Source: Octopus sinensis (lineage: Eukaryota). From it: a stretch of 64,000 nucleotides of DNA. Both the position numbers and the translations under genes were made by a program. Positions 22,231-34,364 of the stretch are shown one piece after another. The DNA lies in the NCBI RefSeq assembly GCF_006345805.1, contig NW_021832601.1, positions 1-64,000 on the forward strand, written 5' to 3'. Under the pieces are notes generated by a model. It was given only the letters and a program-made list of their open reading frames with translations, did no database searches and was not told the origin of the DNA. Each line of letters opens with the position of its first letter. Within the stretch, counting starts at the first letter, position 1.

Positions 22231-24182
22231 AGATAGAAAATGAGTAAATTAATTTGAAATGTTTGGACCACTTACTAATCACTTATACTTATTTTTAAAA
22301 TAATTTATGATTCTTTAAATAACATTAAAATAATATCTATACATTTTTTATTTATAATCTTGTTATGGTTAAGTTTATTTGTGAAACAGGTGAAGTAATG
22401 GTCCATTAAAATAATTAGACGAAATTTGTATTCAAGAGTCTGATATTGATTTTGTTTGGATTTTTCATGAAGATAAATTTTCTTCCGATCTGAAGAACTG
22501 TATGTCATATTATTAATTAAATTAGTTTTGGAAAATATTTAAAATAACTAATTTTCACTATTTATTTTTTAAATGATTATTGAAAAACAGATAAAATTGA
22601 ACACAGATTTGAAACTGATTACTAAAGACTTTCTCTGAGTATTACTAGAACTAAATTTCATCTCACTAGTCTCCAAGTCGAATAAACGATTTCTTTTATT
22701 TCTCTAAGTTAGTTACCTACGATTTTGCTAAAATGCAAGAGAGTGGAAGAAACTAGGAGCGTACAGCTAAGGCGGGTTTCCAAAAGTCTCAAAATTAAAG
22801 AGGAAGAACGACTGAAACATATTAGAACAGGTAAAAAGGTCTTCAGGGTATTCTCAGGAGTAGTAGTGGCTTTTAAAGAAAGCCGTGATAACCATTACGG
22901 GGTTTGGAGGCTTGAATCTAAAGCACTCTGTTTAGAATAAGGACATGTTTATTGACTCTTAAAGCCTGGAAGGATATACATCTTATAAGATTGTTTTCGT
23001 TATTAGTTGTGTTATGATATTATATTTTAATAGTATGGAATGAATATGTCCAAGTTGAGTTTTCTTAGTTCAGAAATATGTTGAATTCTTTCCTTTTCAA
23101 TTAAATTCTTCAACGCGATTTTTCTTGCCTAAAATTAAATTAAAGGTCGATAAACAATGGTTTCAACATTGTTGCAAATCATCACTTCGTTTGAAATTAA
23201 AGCTTTTTTTGCTTTCTTTCGAGCATTTTTGGCTTTAATTTGACTATTTTCGTCCCATCTAGCATTGAACAGCTCTAAAACCATACAAAAGTAAAACTGA
23301 CCAGGTGATTCCATTTGAGTATACTGCTAAGCAATATGTTTTTCTAAAAATTATCTCTAAAATTCGACTAAGTTATTAATTAAGTTATTATTTCTGTCAA
23401 TTTAAATCGTTGGTAATCTTTTTCTTTTCAAAAGGAGAGGTTGAATAGTTCCCTTCATTTCTTATCTAAATTGCATGTTTAATCATCATATCTCCTTTAA
23501 CTTTTATTTGAATGTCCTCAGTGCATTTAAGTTCCGCAAGCTGAGGAGTAGCAGAGACGTGCTAATCATCAAATATTTCCACCCAATGTCTACGCTTAAT
23601 CATCATGTTGGTGAGATTCTTTTTCAGCAAAACTGATTAGATTTAAATCATTGTTGACTTCTCATATAATTCTTAAAACGTTTTGAAACACTTTATCATA
23701 ACCCCCAAGATAATATTTACTTACAATAGTTCGAGAAGCGAAATCTCATTAGCATGAGATCATATTTATGACATTGATCAACTTGCTTTATACGATCTTA
23801 TGAAGTAATACCCACTTTAATTAAGGTAATTTCATTTTTAATCTTTTGAAAAAGGTCTAGTTTGTTGAACTGGACCTTCTCCAGGAGACTCATTTCGTCC
23901 TAATTTAAAATGCTGTATTTCCAGGAGTTTAATTCTGTGAACTGAATTGAATGCTCTGGACATGTCAATTACGAGTATTTTATTGTAGATATCAAGTGTC
24001 AATAATAAACCCTTGTCATTGTTTTTTTTGTTTTTGAGTTTGTGAAGTAATACCCGCAGTCAGATGATTGATGCTGTTAAAGATAATTGATGCGAATTGT
24101 ACAGAAGACTACTTTTTATTCCATACATTCTTAAAACAATCATACTGGATTTTTAACTTATAAAACTAAATTCAAGACAACT

Positions 24183-27100
24183 TTATACACACAAATATTT
24201 ATCATAATAATATTTAATAAGCAATTTACTAGAGGGATCCCCATTACTTTTGAGTATTCTTGTCAAATTATAAGCAGCAGTTGCACTCAAATCAAATGAA
24301 CTCTATAATTGAAATCCACAATAATACATCCACAACAGGGGACATTTCCAAACACCGTTCATAATAATAGATGGCGACATTATTCAACTTAAGCTGATGC
24401 ATTGCTCGTCCAATATTATAATAAACCTCTTGACACTCGCCACGTAAACTTTTATACGAATTGAAAAACGCCATCATCTTTATGAATAGTGATATAAAAA
24501 AATAACTGTGACATAGAAATGATGTCTATCTTCATTAGATTTGTATGATATTATCCCTAAAAGACAGACTGCCAGCAAAAAATGAATAAGCGGACTTTCT
24601 GGAAGTTTTGGAAGTACCTCGATCAAATCAACTAAACATAAATCACTTAATAGTAATACGGTAGGCAAATTTATATTTTCCAGTGGTGATTGCGTAATTC
24701 GCTGTCATTATATGAAGCGGGAGGACACGTCGGAAAGACTAAATCTAACAAGTTGGTATAAACCCTATTTCGTTTTCGAAGGCAGAAAAGATCAAAACGA
24801 CGCAGCATACATTGGAGAGACATACGACTGAAGAAATTCCAAACAAATATATGACTCGGAAACTAGCTTACAGAAATATAAGATACAGAAATTAGAAGTA
24901 AACGAAGAAAACTAAATGCTTTGGACCAATCCTCAGTCATTGTGTATGACAATGTCGCCATGTATATTAACTTCTATAAATGCAGGTATTTTCGGGCTTA
25001 CAAATCGAATAGATGGTTTTTTGTTCATTGTTGGAATAAGTGATCCAAAACAGGCAAATTTCGACAATCTCTGGTAGAACTTGGCATCGTAAAGATATTG
25101 TGCCACCTTTAATAAACACACAAAGAAAACCCTCGAAAACAGTTCCCAAACTTCTTTTAAGTGTGAAGGCTTCTTTCTTAACAAAACTTCACTTCCACAA
25201 ATCTTCCTTGCATCTTCTCCCTTCAGAAGTCGATAACGAGGAAATTTCGGAGTGATTAAACATTCTAAAAATACATAATGTTTAAATATCTGAAAATATG
25301 AATAATAAAACAAGGAAAAGATATAAAATCAAATAGAAATGCCAGCTAGGCCTTATCCCACGATAAGCCATGTCAATTAACAATATTAAATAGGTGAAAA
25401 ACTTACTCTTAATAAAAATAAGATTCTGATATGGCCAAAGATGAGAATAGAGACATTTTCTCAAAGCATGGTAACAGTTCTCATAATCTTGATTATCGCA
25501 GTATTCTCTAGCTTGTCTCAACAACATTTCACAAATCTAAATTCATAGATGCAACAACCTCAAATGTCAGTTGTTCTCCAGTATCCCTCAGTGCTAATAT
25601 AATATTAACAAATATAATACCAAATCTCACCGACTCGATGGCTTTTTCAGAAAAACCCAATCGCTCCTGAACGGCGGATAAAGCCATACTTATTTCAGCT
25701 GAAAATTGTTTAAGTTCCAAGGCAGTTTCGAAGGAATAAACAGCTTTTTGAAGTTTATTAAGAGCAGCACATGAAGCACCCAATTTATACCACAAATCAG
25801 GCTATTTAATCATTAATTATAAAATATACCGTGTTTGAGTGTTCAGTGACTACATCAAGAACTCGTTCTGCTAGAACATAACTCTCATCATCGAATAATG
25901 CTGAAGCCACTAACTCATACAAGTCGTGATATGTCTTTACTTCACATTTTAACAGCTCCTCCACCAATATCTATAAGAAATCAGGTCAATGATACAAACT
26001 GTGGAAACAGATGAACAAAATATTCCACATAACCCGACTATAACTTTTGCAATTATATCAATATAAACTGGAGAAGTAGGGAAAATACTAAAATAATTAA
26101 TTATTTATCAAACAAATAAAACTTGATTACTTTTTTGTCAGCCCACTCAACATGAAGTCCATAGTGGTTAGCTGCTACCTGTTAAAACTAGAAAAGGAAC
26201 AAAACCTCGATTATAGAGTTATATTTTCTGGTCAAAATTAGCAAATCAAGAAGAGTATTGACATCTTTTGCAGTAACCAAATCAGGCCTGAAACGGAGAG
26301 CCATCATAAAAACATCGGCTGCCTTACCACTGATATCCGAAGTATGAAAATACTAACATTTAACACGACCAATATACTTCGGCCAATTCATGGAATAGTT
26401 CACTATATTTTTCGTCATCATCTTCAAAACAGTGAAGCAAGGAACGATAACAGTCGATTAAACGACGACGATTGCCAATTTTCTTGAGAAATTCAAATCT
26501 CTCCAACTGTAATTCTTTGTTATCCGGACATAAACGAAGGACTGGGTTATAGTAATGAAATTCCAACTATTATTATAGCATCGTGTGAGCTTGTGGTAAT
26601 CATTAGCAGCCAACTCTGCACACTTAATCCATAAATCCAAGTCATTTTTGGTTATTATAGCCGATAAATAATACCACTGAGTAGAGTAATAAACAAAATG
26701 TTTAACTTTTAAAGTGTTTTCTTTATCTGAGGCTCGATGGCTGATTTGTGCCATAATTTTGTATGCCAAACCAGAAGAACAAGGAGCTGTTATAAAGATG
26801 ATTCAATACCAATTCTAATTGCCTGCATTGCAAATTTTGAAGCTTCGGCATAATCGCACGAATTAAATGACAATTCTGCTCTTTCCATGAGACCACGGGT
26901 AAAAGATTCGCTGTCTCTTTTAATCTATTTCGAATAAAAAAATATCCAATAACCCTCCGTGCTCTCTTTCCGAACTCTGAAAATTAAAATTAGTGAGGCT
27001 ACGTTTAGAGAAGAGGTTTTGATTGGATTCTGACTCGTGTACCAAATCTCCGTATTGATCGAATAATAGCGAATCCTCTGAAAAAATTGATCATTAAAAA

Positions 27101-27188
27101 AATTTTGACCTTCTATTAAAATATTGAAAATATCATCTGGATGCATATCGAGAAGAGATTCATCGGAGGGTTCACCACAGTCATTCAT
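24183..27188 (-). CDS. GTF3C3: General transcription factor IIIC subunit 3 (TPR protein, Tfc4 homolog), many micro-introns
   Basis: C-terminus AFFNSYKSLRGECQEVYYNIGRAMHQLKL...AAYNLTRILKSNG..YDKYLCV* matches the family, with TPR-like exons throughout. GT-AG introns of 22-32 nt were traced in the 5' half. Confidence 0.9.
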
Positions 27189-27289
27189 TTACAACCAAAT
27201 TATATTTTTTATTAATTAATAAATACTCATTAAAACCAAAATTAACTTTTAATTAAATAAATAAGTATTATTGAATCACCTGGAGATGA

Positions 27290-27600
27290 TCAGAACCAGC
27301 ACCTATACGCTACGTGTAAATATGAATGGTTGATGATTACTATAAGGAATGCTCGATGGGGACTACTTGGACATATTTTAGAGTTAGAGTAAGGACATTG
27401 CAAGTTGATAAAACAGATTTCACGAAGTGTATCTTTAGTTTCTTAGTTTTGAAATTATGTCTTACTCCTTTGAGATAGTGAGGACTTAACCCGGAGAAAA
27501 GTAGTATCGACGGCCGCGTGGAAAAGGCTGAAAACGGATTGGGTGGCTAATAGACCGGCAAAGATCGGGCTCCGTTTGCGGCTCTGCAATGCTTTTTTAA
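27290..27600 (+). mobile_element. Possible RTE-type LINE 3' remnant
   Basis: RWGLLGHIL resembles the RTE RW.W.GH.LR motif; highly degenerate. Confidence 0.4.
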
Positions 27601-28240
27601 ACCGGTCTTGTTATAACTTCTGCTGGGTTTTAAAAACTAAAAGCTTTAACTACTTCTACCAAATGCAACTGCGAATAATATGAGGGGTACAATTGCCGAC
27701 AAGGATCAACAATAAGGATGTGATGGAGGCCCCATGGAGACTGTTCGGACATGTTGACCACTTTTACATGTTCTTAGAAGATAGTGATATACATATTGAA
27801 AAGTTCTGCTTATGAAGCAACTGAGGCCTCCTTAGAAGTAATGACATACTTTTTTGACTTAGATAACCTTAGGTTAGTATCCATCATTGTCAGACCAGGC
27901 AGTTTATGTGCTCTTACTAGTTTATGTGCTCTGACATATTTATGTGAATCTGCATTTTCGCTATACACTGCGACTAAAACAAAATACGGGAATCGATTAG
28001 AGGCGTCGGTTGACACAAGAGTCCAACTCTCAAGTTTAACTCCTGATAAAACGACTTTGTAAATGAGTTGATATTTTTTTGGTAAAAAGTTTTTAACAAA
28101 TATTTATTTAAAATATTATGTGACATGGGCGGCTGGATACGCATGGGCAACCGGTTACATTTTTTGACCTTGTGATGTCAATTATTAATCATTGAATAAC
28201 TTCAAAGAATAATGCATTTTAACAAAAAAATTAAAATTAA

Positions 28241-29557
28241 TCATTTTTTTAGTCTTGCCATTGGTACCGTCCATATCTCTCCTTTAGCATATTTTATCTA
28301 TTAAATAAAAATGATTGATTTACCTCGACTCGATTATTTGATAAAATGTTAATTATTTCAGCCGTCGGATAGAATGGAGACTCGAATTATCCACCGCAAC
28401 GAAGGTTTGTTCCATAATCTTTTTTAACTCGAACCTATCTATAATTATTTATCTAAACTTTATCTCCGACACTAATTCGTATTACTATTGTGTACATTCA
28501 TTTTTCTATTCATTGCCTTAACAGTCTATTTTGGGGCACCTAGTGCAGTTTCCCAGATGTTTTCTAATATAACGAAAACACTAATTTTTGTTAATTTAAA
28601 ACCAAAAGATGTTTATTCTTAATTTCATTTACAATTTAGTCTTTTCTTGTCGAAATAATCCGTTATTTTCGCTCCGATTGGTACTTTTAATAATCGATCT
28701 GTCAATTAACGATCCAAAACGACCTTGTCAATGAATTTTTATCATATTATCGGGTTCTCTGAAGCCTCAAACCTTCACATATCAAAATTACATACTCCAA
28801 AACAACAGAACACGTTATTATAGTTATTATCAAAAATTATAACTAAAAAATATGATATTAATGCCCCATAACGTTTATCTATAAAGAATAAACACTCCTA
28901 ATTTCATTGCAAACCCGAGTGCCTAACCAATAAGTTACTGTAGTAGCTGAGTTTCCATTTGAGTCTAAATTTGAACAAATCTCTGAATTTTCAAATTGAT
29001 TTTTAATATTTTCTAAAACATAATTTTATAATTATAACCTGCAACATTACGACTGAAAACTTTTTTAGATCTACAAGATCTAGCTGAAACCTTTCATTCG
29101 GAGAAGAAGCAAAAATATGATGATTCATATCACCAACCTACATTAAAAATTACAAAGAATTAAAACTTTCAATGGACAGGCAAATTTACATACTTCACAA
29201 TTCCGAATGACTTTTCTGATTACGTCATTTTTAACAATGAAGTATCTTTGTCGACACTCATACTCAATCTTGTTTACTCCTCCGTGTGAATATTCGTGTA
29301 GAGATTTAGCTACATGCTCCATTTCAGTTTCATTGTCCAAAGTAATGACGAGCTTTGGATCGTCAGATTTGAGATACAATCTGCGCATTAATCGTAAATA
29401 TAGAGTACCTTTCATTGATTATTGTAAAATTCTCGATCTTTTTTATAAGTCTATATTTTGCTTGCCTAGAAAAATCTTCTGGGAATTTATTTTCCAAAGC
29501 ATCTTTTAAAATTCGATACTCTGAAGAATCTTTGACATAACCCCTATATGAAGCCAT
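28241..29557 (-). pseudogene. Ginger/GIN1-like integrase with four micro-introns; core degenerate
   Basis: Spliced N-terminus ..NERLYLKSDD..LHEYSHGGVNK..RQRYFI..IRKVIRNCEVC (HHCC)..ASSPNERFQLDLVDL. C-terminus ISVGDKVRVKKDY..EIINILSNNRVEIKY..VPMARLKK*, with one in-frame stop. Introns at 29381-29408, 29138-29166, 28435-28458 and 28298-28323. Confidence 0.85.
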
Positions 29558-29739
29558 TACAAGAAACAAATCTAGCACGCTAAAAATTTTCCAATAAGTT
29601 TAAATTTACCAACATTTAAAAAAATAACTTTTTTAAATTATTTAAGTACATGAACAAAAACTAATTTAAATCAATACAAGGCATAGTTAAACTTTATAAT
29701 TGGCCCATAAAAAATATTAGTTGTGATAATCAAAGGATT

Positions 29740-29986
29740 GAACGGTATCTGTTCACTCCCATCGCCGTCGAGACTTCCGGCGTCATCGGCGAAAAGTCTC
29801 TTTCCTTTCTAAAAAAGCTTGGCCGCATGATCTCCCATAAACGGGGAGACCCACGCGAGTCCAAGTGGCTTTTCGAAAGGATTTCCTTGGCCATAGTACG
29901 TGGAAACTGTGTTTCCATTTACGATGCCGGGAATTTAGTTAGTTAATAACTATTTGTTAATTACATATAACTTTTACCAAAAAAAA
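29740..29986 (+). mobile_element. 5'-truncated CRE insertion with poly(A) and 12-bp TSD
   Basis: CRE 3' coding end, 3' UTR and A-tail (29979-29986), flanked by AATCAAAGGATT at 29728-29739 and 29987-29998. Confidence 0.9.
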
Positions 29987-30596
29987 AATCAAAGGATTTA
30001 ATTTTGACATCTACAAGGTCAAAAAAATGTAACCGGTTGCCCATGCGTAACGCGTTGCCCATGTCACATAGTATTTAGGGGTGCAGAGGATAAAGTTTAG
30101 ATTTTTAGGGGTGTCGAGAAAGAAAAGGTTTGGGAAACCTTGCAATATAGGTTTGACTGCACTTTAAAATCTGCTAACTGCACTATCAAGTGGTATTTTG
30201 AAATCTGCTAATCAGACATGAAAACTGGTCGAATCCGCTGTATAAACTGGATACCCTTTAACCCTACTCGCATATTAATAATTTATTTTAGATGAATGTT
30301 TTTTTATTTAAATAGGTACTTTAAAATTTGCTAATTACACTGTCGAGGTGGACTATGATAATAGTCTTAATGTTGATTAATTGTTGGCATTTGTTTTGAA
30401 AGTGAAAATCCAAGGATGAATTGAATTTCTTTGCCACCAATAATTGGGTGCACACTATTGGGAGTATTCTTGCTGTCGTTTTTATTAACATGTTGAAAAT
30501 AATTCTTTAATTTTTTTCCTATAAAGTTTTAATGTATCTCATAATAAGAGTCGTGGACATTCACGTTGTTTATTTTAACCAAAATACAGAAAATAT

Positions 30597-31432
30597 TATC
30601 AAAAACCTCATCATCAAGGATATTCTTGATATGTTAGATTTTTAGGTGAAAGGTTCTTGGAAGACCTAACCATTTTTTAGCTTGTACTTTATTATTTGCT
30701 AATTTGAATACTTTAAAATCTGTTAGGATTTTTTACAATTCATCTGTACTTTGCTAGTTTGAAGTTAGTGCGTAAACACATCATACCATTTTATTATTAA
30801 AATTTAGAAATTCGCTCCAAAATCTAAAATTTGATAAAAACAGTAATCTGGGTTTTGTAACCATCGACTAATGACATTGAAGAATTCAATAATTAGTCAA
30901 TAAATCAACTGCTAGTTTTTTTCAATTTAAAAAAACGTTAGTTTTTTTATTTAATATTGTACTTTATGTAAAGAATATCAAAGCTACTTTAAAAATAAAT
31001 TATAACTAAAGTACAAAATTTAGTACGAACATTGGAGTATTTAAGTAAATTTGCGATCAAATAATAAATTATGTGTTTATTTGCCATATTCATTTGTGTT
31101 TTTGTTTTTAAAAGCTACCAGTCTCCAATATCATCGGATGATGCGTCAAATCAGATAGTCGGAAAATTAATTATTAATTTTATAGGTAGAACATGAAATT
31201 ATATTTCCTAATTTAAACCCACTTAGTATTTATTAATTTTTCTATTGTTAGAGTCAGAATTTATCTTCAGACAAGGACCTCAAAGTAAGATAGAGAAACA
31301 CAATTTCTATTTAGACGACCGCTTTTATGAAGATAATTATAATGAAAATAATCATGTACAATGATGAAAGTTACATGATTTTTATACTAAACCGATTCAT
31401 CCTTTATTAATAAAAAAACTAATTAACTATTT
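30597..31432 (+). repeat. Dispersed repeat A, second full copy
   Basis: Colinear with 16612-17447, with scattered substitutions; the four intron boundaries are conserved. Confidence 0.9.
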
Positions 31433-31565
31433 ATTGCCTAACTAAGTATTAAGTCTTCGGAGTGAACAAGTGATGACACTCCATAAATGTTCTTCCCTTC
31501 TTATTCCTCTTTCTGCTCAAACAACACAGAGTGAATAGATTTGTTTGAAATTTTTTTAATAGATA
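31423..31565 (+). repeat. 143-bp direct duplication B, copy 1 (copy 2 at 34222-34364)
   Basis: ttaactatttattgcctaactaagtattaagtcttcggagtg...ttttttaatagata is near-identical at both sites. Confidence 0.92.
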
Positions 31566-32027
31566 TTATGTATGGGTCTTTATTAGAGACTTGTTGATTA
31601 CTCGCAGCTTTCAGAAAATCCGCTATTATCTTTGACCATATGGCGGAGAATCGAGGATGCTCAACTAAGAGCGTAAAGAATAACCGAAAGTTAGGCACAT
31701 AGTGACAAATGTTTTAGACTGGCTTCTATGGAATATCTGATTAATCTGAATTCCAGAACCGATTAGCCGCTCGGTGCGATCTTGTGTAGACTTATGGGAA
31801 GATCACCGTGCGAAAATGAGGTCGCTTGTGAAATGCATCGGGATCACGTGACTAATTTGTTTAGTTTCTATCGTGATCTTGGTGACTAAATAAAATTAAT
31901 TAGGAGAATTTCTAAAGGTTGATCATGTTTAGATTTTGAAGTATCTCTCTAGATAAAAATTAGATAATTAATTTATTTAACTGTTTATTTCAAATACATA
32001 TTTATCGTTTTAAGTAGCGAGAACATA

Positions 32028-33666
32028 CAGTGGGGCAAATAAGTCATGGCACACCTATCATTTTTTTTAATTCAATATATTTTTACAAAAATAACTTTTT
32101 CGATTTAGTTCATCATGCTACACAATAAAATCTTGCATTCTTTTGAACCCATTTCGTGCTAATTATATTCATGAATTTCAAATAAATATAATTGTTTTTG
32201 CTTCATATTTAGAAAAATGTCAAATTTGATGTGTAAAAAAGTGATGACACTATCAAAAAATATGGATTTTTTTGACAATAAGATACAAATGATTATCTTT
32301 TGGTGCCTTGTTTTTTCTTTGAAATAATTGATTCTTAGTTCTATTAATATAATTGATTAGTAGATTCCGATTAGTATAAATATACTTTTATTTTTCGCCT
32401 TTTATTAAAATTATCTCGTCGATAAGGAAAGAGCATTCTTTGGACCTAAAACAACGAGTTGTAACTGCCCACCAAAACGGTAAAAGTTATGGAGAGATTT
32501 CTAAATTGTTGATATTACCAAAAAGTACTGTTCGAAATATTATTACTCGATGGAAGCAACGCGGAACTGTTATTAATAAACCAGGATCGGGTGCTCCAAA
32601 AAAGATATCTCTGCGTTTTTCTTCATTAATGAAAAGATTAGTTACTTCAAACCCAAAAATAACTCGAAAAGAATTTGCCGATAATTTAAAAATCACAGGA
32701 ACGTCAGTGTCCCTTCGTACAATCACTTCTACACTACGCAAAGAAGGTATCAATAAGCGAAGGCCCCGTCGAGTTCCGTTATTAAAGAAAATACACCTTT
32801 CAGCGCGAATCCAATATGCAAAAAATCTTTTGAACAAAGAAAATGAATTCATAAACAATATTTTGTGGTCGGACGAATCAAAAATACAACTTTTCGGACT
32901 GAACTACACGCTTTCAATTTGGCGCAAATCAAATCAGGCGTATATCCCAAAATGCACCATACCTACCGTAAAGCACGGGGGAGGTAGTATCATGTTGTGG
33001 GGCTGTTTTTCATCAACAGGTGTTGGTGAACTATTTGTAATTGATGGAATAATGAATTCTCTTAAATATTGCGAAATTTTGGAAAAATGTCTTTTACCTT
33101 CGGTCGCGAACTTAAATTTGACACAACATTGGGCATTCCAGCATGACAACGATCCTAAGCACAAGTCAAAAGTAACCGTTAAATGGTTAGAAAAAAACAA
33201 AATAAATGTTTTGGAATGGCCAAGTCAATCGCCAGACCTGAATCCCATCGAAAACTTATGGAAAATATTAAAAATAAAAGTTGGCTTAAGAAAACCAAAA
33301 AATATCCAGGAATTAAAAACAATTTGCTACGAAGAATGGAAAAATATTTCTAAAGTAGAATGTCAAAAACTAATTTTTTCTTACAAAAAACGATTGGAAG
33401 CAGTTCTGCTAGCAAAAGGGAATGCAACTAAATATTAATTGGATTTCGTGCCATTACTTTTTCCCTCAAAAAATTGATTTTAAAAATAAATCGTTAATTA
33501 GTGCACTATTAATAATTCCCTTTAAGATAGTTTTTTTAATAATTTATCTAAAAAGTTCTATATTACTAATTTATTTTTTAAAGTAATGTATTTAATAATT
33601 TTTTTGCAAAGAATTGTTAAATTTAGTCAAAATTTGCAAAGGTGCCATGACTTTTTTGCCCCACTG
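32028..33666 (+). mobile_element. Full-length Tc1 (DD34E) transposon, 1639 bp
   Basis: 27-bp TIR CAGTGGGGCAAA(T/A)AAGTCATGGCACCT with TA on both sides. Inner repeats resembling the TIR near 32236 and 33445 suggest an IR/DR layout. Confidence 0.95.
32413..33438 (+). CDS. Tc1 transposase, open frame but no ATG at the expected start (ATC at 32413)
   Basis: WSDESK, FQHDNDPKH and SPDLNPIENLW with 34 residues between D and E; paired-like HTH N-terminus; no internal stops. Confidence 0.9.
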   Translation: MSSIRKEHSLDLKQRVVTAHQNGKSYGEISKLLILPKSTVRNIITRWKQRGTVINKPGSGAPKKISLRFSSLMKRLVTSNPKITRKEFADNLKITGTSVSLRTITSTLRKEGINKRRPRRVPLLKKIHLSARIQYAKNLLNKENEFINNILWSDESKIQLFGLNYTLSIWRKSNQAYIPKCTIPTVKHGGGSIMLWGCFSSTGVGELFVIDGIMNSLKYCEILEKCLLPSVANLNLTQHWAFQHDNDPKHKSKVTVKWLEKNKINVLEWPSQSPDLNPIENLWKILKIKVGLRKPKNIQELKTICYEEWKNISKVECQKLIFSYKKRLEAVLLAKGNATKY

Positions 33667-34220
33667 TAGTTATTAACTAACTAAATTCCCGGCCTCGTAA
33701 ATGGAAACACAGTTTCCACGTACTATAGCCAAGGAAATCCTTTCGAGAAGCCACTTGGACTCGCGTAGGTCTCCCCGTTTATGGGAAATCATGTGGCCAA
33801 GCTTTTTCAGAAAGGAAAGAGACTTTTCGCCGATGACGCCGGAAGTCTCGACGGCGATGGGAGTGAACAGATACCGTTCAGAGAGCTCCTTGTACTTTCC
33901 AATCTTCTCGGTTTTGCGAGAGACTGAGCCAGCCTCGACAGCTGAGAAGGAAGGTTAAGCTCCGAGAAAGTGTCTGAATACGTCGCATCCCATAACAGAG
34001 ACTTGCCGAACTCAAATGGGAAAGTAGATAGGCCGTCGGGTCTTTTTCCGTCTCCCCTCGCAAGCCCAACGGGTTCGAGGATTGATGGAATTCCAGCGGC
34101 CGTGAGCCCCCTCTGAATAACGTCGTTAAGTGCTGCATGGCGTGGTGCGCGCCCTGCACTGCGACGACAGGAAAGGGGATGTAGACCAAAACGGTCAATG
34201 ACAGCACCACAACGACATTT
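33667..34220 (-). mobile_element. 5'-truncated CRE retrotransposon (zinc finger and RLE), well preserved
   Basis: [70 protein letters not shown]. Confidence 0.9.
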
Positions 34221-34221
34221 G

Positions 34222-34364
34222 TTAACTATTTATTGCCTAACTAAGTATTAAGTCTTCGGAGTGAACAAGTGATGACACTCCATAAATGTTCTTCCCTTCT
34301 TATTCCTCTTTCTGCTCAAACAACACAGAGTGAATATATTTGTTTGAAATTTTTTTAATAGATA
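34222..34364 (+). repeat. 143-bp direct duplication B, copy 2
   Basis: Near-identical to 31423-31565. Confidence 0.92.

Larger units (their letters stand above)
28119..30068 (-). mobile_element. Ginger-type DNA transposon (retroviral-like integrase with TIRs), defective
   Basis: About 65-bp imperfect TIRs starting TGTGACATGGGC, with TGT..ACA ends. Flanks TATTA/TAGTA (5 bp, one mismatch). Internal integrase gene. Confidence 0.85.
27900..30142 (+). mobile_element. hAT (Buster) 3' remnant interrupted by the Ginger-like element
   Basis: TYLCESAFSLYTATKTKYGNRLEASVDTRVQLS ends at 28062. After the insert the sequence resumes and ends in aaaaggtttgggaaaccttg at 30142. Confidence 0.75.

Noticed and set aside
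22690-24000. Coding-like GC content between UBXN6 and GTF3C3
   Set aside because: Probably decayed LINE sequence, but the motifs are too eroded to assign.
29207-29509. 100-aa ORF on the + strand inside the Ginger element
   Set aside because: Antisense to the integrase exons.
30150-30370. Three loose copies of tactttaaaatctgctaa.t.cact
   Set aside because: Short, degenerate and AT-rich; no boundaries or function can be inferred.
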